DNA from: Rebecca billardiae RCC1528
Lineage: Eukaryota > Protista > Haptophyta
Assembly (NCBI GenBank): GCA_965240325.2
Contig: OZ251229.1
Coordinates: forward strand, 930,001 to 994,000
Direction of reading: 5' to 3'
Length of the DNA: 64,000 bases
This document shows positions 61,301 to 64,000 of the stretch, in pieces (the stretch's first letter is position 1; each line of letters begins with the position of its first letter). Made by a program: the position numbers and the translations under genes. The notes beneath the pieces are model-generated. The model did not search any database, was not told the DNA's origin, and worked only from the letters and a program-made list of their open reading frames with translations.

Positions 61301-61860
61301 AGCCCAATAACAAGGTCCAAGATCAAGGCCAAAGAGTGAACATATGGTGCAAATAAGCCCAGGACTGACTCGGGTTACCCAAAACCGTCACACGGAAGTC
61401 CCAGCACATGACCCGTATCCTGGCATTGGCAACCATTACTGACTCCAATTCACTCATGCACACAGATGCACAAACAATACCAAGCCCAAAATCACTCATA
61501 ATCCAAGCTTAGTCCTCACAGACGAGCGCATATTGGATTGAGGGGGGGTGTCAAAGGAATCGCCAATCTACAGTGATTTCCAATTTCCAATCCAACATTT
61601 TACTCGCAGTCACACAGTGGCGGCGCGACCGCTGCGGCGGCGCTCGCACAAAATCCTCCAAAATCAACCTGAACCTCATCCTAAAATACAGCAGGACAGC
61701 ATGGCTGGCGGCGGCATCTGGAAGCATTCTAGATGCTTCCGAAACTCGTGAACGAAACATGAGCCGATCACACAAAACACGCTGAGCTCACCACCGCAAA
61801 CAAGAGCCGAAGCTCGTCGACCGCGACTCGACCGTCAAGCTCAAGACGCGTTCCCTGACA
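58382..61860 (+). mobile_element. Gag-only LTR retroelement (TR-GAG-like, Copia-type)
   Basis: 312-bp LTRs at 58382-58693 and 61549-61860 (TGTCA..TGACA), 5-bp TSD TCAGA, PPT TTGAGGGGGGG; no pol. Confidence 0.95.
59247..61283 (+). CDS. gag: Gag-like protein with CCHC zinc knuckle (first ATG 59535; overlapping upstream ORF 58693-59304 in another frame)
   Basis: CTHCGLKNHTAQQC-WNLHPELRP (CX2CX4HX4C) inside the LTR element. Confidence 0.85.
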   Translation: MPCGLRVIERGHRAFRADVALDAAAADAAPTVEALEPADAARRAGLLAAANDSAVVTAVSLQPRAHDTVSESDRSNDDISTDECDSNDLYGLAEQTMLQDATTRDSVTASTSPNIHCQGRTKPIVFLKMTNKYLYPKIHGALAGLTMASEAELLATSDTSSREMTAAETAESSSGTYRLASNVGSAYDAGGASYTCLTAKPQQNQVGERNAHAHASAASAITTPHSCKEEYSAEAAADAHASPQDRTSVKKPKEGTTASTRVTPRSKVERESPQSARDTSTNALESKKRDWIVIEGGVTDSNPTKKERVFMARESSAGVDTPATHKLTQSALKSKRAVHSAIRDALAEVSTYYKGKSSDVTPDIMDPKDSKLSGFQLIAKDKWVKDAAKIDPYKADNADANKIGSVYDRSAAAIFKQLKDSIEPQLFAYLESKLHISDPTKNYLDLALLLQIFERELKITTMSELRDEFLKLYPTKVSPIGASDIIKKSVEQVRSSRYGNLDDATMLVFKLYNSMHDHPQVYESVISHFGALTPEQCVDNTDQIMAQMEDAYKRHGSMKLLHQNNTKGRETENYSKIRQNADYQQGTRRRGDFEGAEVFAAQAQKAPANGESGPNISDTGKRCTHCGLKNHTAQQCWNLHPELRPKANNYNKGKNKGANKFPKERIHFLDIPAPDAYD

Positions 61861-62008
61861 TCAGATTTTGACTGTACTGTCTAGCTTTCTGAGTACGGCT
61901 AGTGAGTCTGCGAAAGTGCCGCCAATACTGAGCGAGTGATTCGCCCGCACGCACGCCGATTACGGATTAAGTATTCGACGATTAAGCTGATCAGTGATCT
62001 ATAATTGC

Positions 62009-62011
<3 letters not shown>

Positions 62012-62095
<84 letters not shown>
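62012..62095. repeat. (TA)n microsatellite
   Basis: Directly visible. Confidence 0.95.
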
Positions 62096-62098
<3 letters not shown>

Positions 62099-62747
62099 AC
62101 GACGTGGCATGCAACGGGCAAGCGTCAGGCACAGAGTGCAGCAGACACATAACTAGATAGAATGCGTCCGCGCCTTCCGACCAGGTCATGCAGTGCCAGT
62201 GCGCCACCCGCTGCCCTGCCCCGTGGGGCTGGGAGTGGGACTGGGACGGAGCACCGCCTCGGCCTGGGGGTGGGGCACGCGGGCGGCGACGGCAGATGCT
62301 GCCGCGGCCGCCAGCGCCCGTTCCGGAGCACTTGGATATGAGGCTGAGGTCGCCTAGTCGATGTCGCCGCCTCAGCCGTCCAGCCGACCTGAGCGGCGTG
62401 CAGCTGCGGGAAGCGACAGCCGGCGGCTGTCGCCCCGCCGGGCGCCCGCGCCGCGTTGCCGTGGGCGACTCGGGACTCACGGGAGGCGGCTCCCCGGCCG
62501 CCGGGCTCCCGGGCGACAATTTGTCAATTACTGACTGACTACACCGTGCTGAGTGACACGGTGACACTTGACTAGCTATATTAATAGCTTATTTACGCAA
62601 AAATTATTATAATAATATATTTTAAAACGAGTTGCTGCGCGCCGAGTGACTGGTAATGCCGCCTGACTCGTGTCACACGCTGTGGCCTGCACGGCGACCA
62701 CTACCGCAGGGCACGGACGTGCGCCACCCAGCTCTGAGCGCGGCCGG

Positions 62748-64000
62748 TCAGAATTTGAGCGCGTGGTAGATTCTGCCAACGTTTGGCGTGTGCGCGCAGC
62801 CGCGCGCGTGGCCACGACGTGCGGCCGCCTCCGCCGCGGCGGCCTCGGCGTGAGCCCGTATGAGCTTTTGCGGTTGCAGCGCCGACACCGCCCCAGCCAT
62901 GAACGATTCGGGTGTGGGCGGCACGGCAAGTGTGTGGGCCGGCGCATGCATGAGCGCCTGCTGCGCCTGCGCCTGCTGCACCTGCGCCGCGTGCCGCCAC
63001 GCGCTGTCGTGCGCCATCTCGAGCGCCGCTGCGCTGACCGCGGGGATGTACACGTGGGTCTGGTAGGCCGCCGTCGTGTGCGGCTGCTGCTGCCATAGCC
63101 CCCACGGGTCGGCCGTGCTCGTCGGCGCGAGGCCGGCGCTCGTCGGCACGATGGCGGGCAGCATGTACGCCAGGTCGATGGGCGAGATCGGCGAGCGCGC
63201 GCGCTGGTCGTCCATGCAGATGTGCGCCCACTCCTCCCGCGAGAGGATGCGCCCGTCCCACTTGAACGGGCTGCCGACGTGCTCGGGCCAGAACAGCGTC
63301 GCGCTGAACTGCCGCTCGGGCTGCATGACAATGGAGACGACGAACTGCTCCGACCACGCGGAGATGCCGTCGATGCGCGAGAGCCTGTCCAGCTCGGAGA
63401 GCAGCCGCGCCGAGAAGCGCATCACGTGCTCGTTCGTCGTGTACCGCCGGCCGGGCGGCACGGAGCACGCGTACGCGGGCGTGCACGTGTCGTGCCAGCC
63501 CCACGTGCCCGCCGCCGTGGGCGTGATGCGGTTGGTGATCAGGTCGGCCGGGTCGTGGCTGTATTGCCTGAGGAAGGCGGCAATGTCGCCGCTGAAGCCC
63601 ACGTCGTCCTCGAGCACCCACACGTGCGAGAAGGCGAAGTTCACCTGGTGCGCCCAGAGGCCGATCGCCTCGACATGGAACCCCCACGCGAGCGACGTGC
63701 CACACTGGCGCCTGCCGGCGAAGGTGGTGCGCGCCGACTCGGTGCCCGGGAAGGTCTGGGGGTCGAGGAAGTGGCAGAGCGATCGGCCGTACACGCCGAG
63801 CATGTCCGCCTCGGTGTACGTGTGTATGCGGTTGGCGGGCACATGCCGCGCGAGGCGGGCGAGCGCCTTGGCCGCGGTCGCCGGCGCGCTGACGTCGACG
63901 CTCACGTACATGACGAACTCCGTGTGCTCGAGGGCGCAGAGCCACTCGCCGACGCGCTCAGCTTGCGCCGGCGTCGGGTCGTGCGAGCGCACGAGCACGC
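62748..64000 (-). CDS. 5'-partial protein, putative GT-A-like glycosyltransferase
   Basis: Open frame to the window edge; FSHVWVLEDDVGFSGD, ADLI and RFSARLL motifs. Confidence 0.55.
   Translation of the reverse strand, partial: VLVRSHDPTPAQAERVGEWLCALEHTEFVMYVSVDVSAPATAAKALARLARHVPANRIHTYTEADMLGVYGRSLCHFLDPQTFPGTESARTTFAGRRQCGTSLAWGFHVEAIGLWAHQVNFAFSHVWVLEDDVGFSGDIAAFLRQYSHDPADLITNRITPTAAGTWGWHDTCTPAYACSVPPGRRYTTNEHVMRFSARLLSELDRLSRIDGISAWSEQFVVSIVMQPERQFSATLFWPEHVGSPFKWDGRILSREEWAHICMDDQRARSPISPIDLAYMLPAIVPTSAGLAPTSTADPWGLWQQQPHTTAAYQTHVYIPAVSAAALEMAHDSAWRHAAQVQQAQAQQALMHAPAHTLAVPPTPESFMAGAVSALQPQKLIRAHAEAAAAEAAARRGHARGCAHTPNVGRIYHALKF

Overview
GC-rich, intron-containing eukaryotic nuclear DNA from a flagellated alga (GAS8/DRC4, WDR34, and bipartite plastid-type presequences; a haptophyte such as a Pavlovales species is my inference). 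About 15 genes are present, mostly as tight head-to-head pairs: EsV-1-7 repeat protein, beta-propeller glycoside hydrolase, SDR, SUGP1-like, WDR34, TBC RabGAP, GAS8, PSMA3, 6TM-TIR-like protein, CheR-like methyltransferase, PP2A-B''-like EF-hand protein, GT8, GNAT, EttA and a Rab5-like GTPase. A 100-N gap at 34535-34634 joins two overlapping contigs that look like two haplotypes of one locus (18336-34534 vs 34635-44402), so filled and empty insertion sites can be compared directly. Tail-to-tail intergenic regions are full of non-autonomous elements. The main one is a family of 2-3.5 kb elements with an asymmetric terminal inverted repeat, a 3' GNA-triloop hairpin, an A|T target and no consistent TSD. 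These are Helitron2/Helentron-like, and their ATIR and hairpin sequences co-vary between subfamilies. Also present are hAT-like MITEs, long-arm foldback elements and a young gag-only LTR element. No CRISPR array, rRNA or tRNA gene was recognised. All calls come from reading the sequence by eye, with no database searches.
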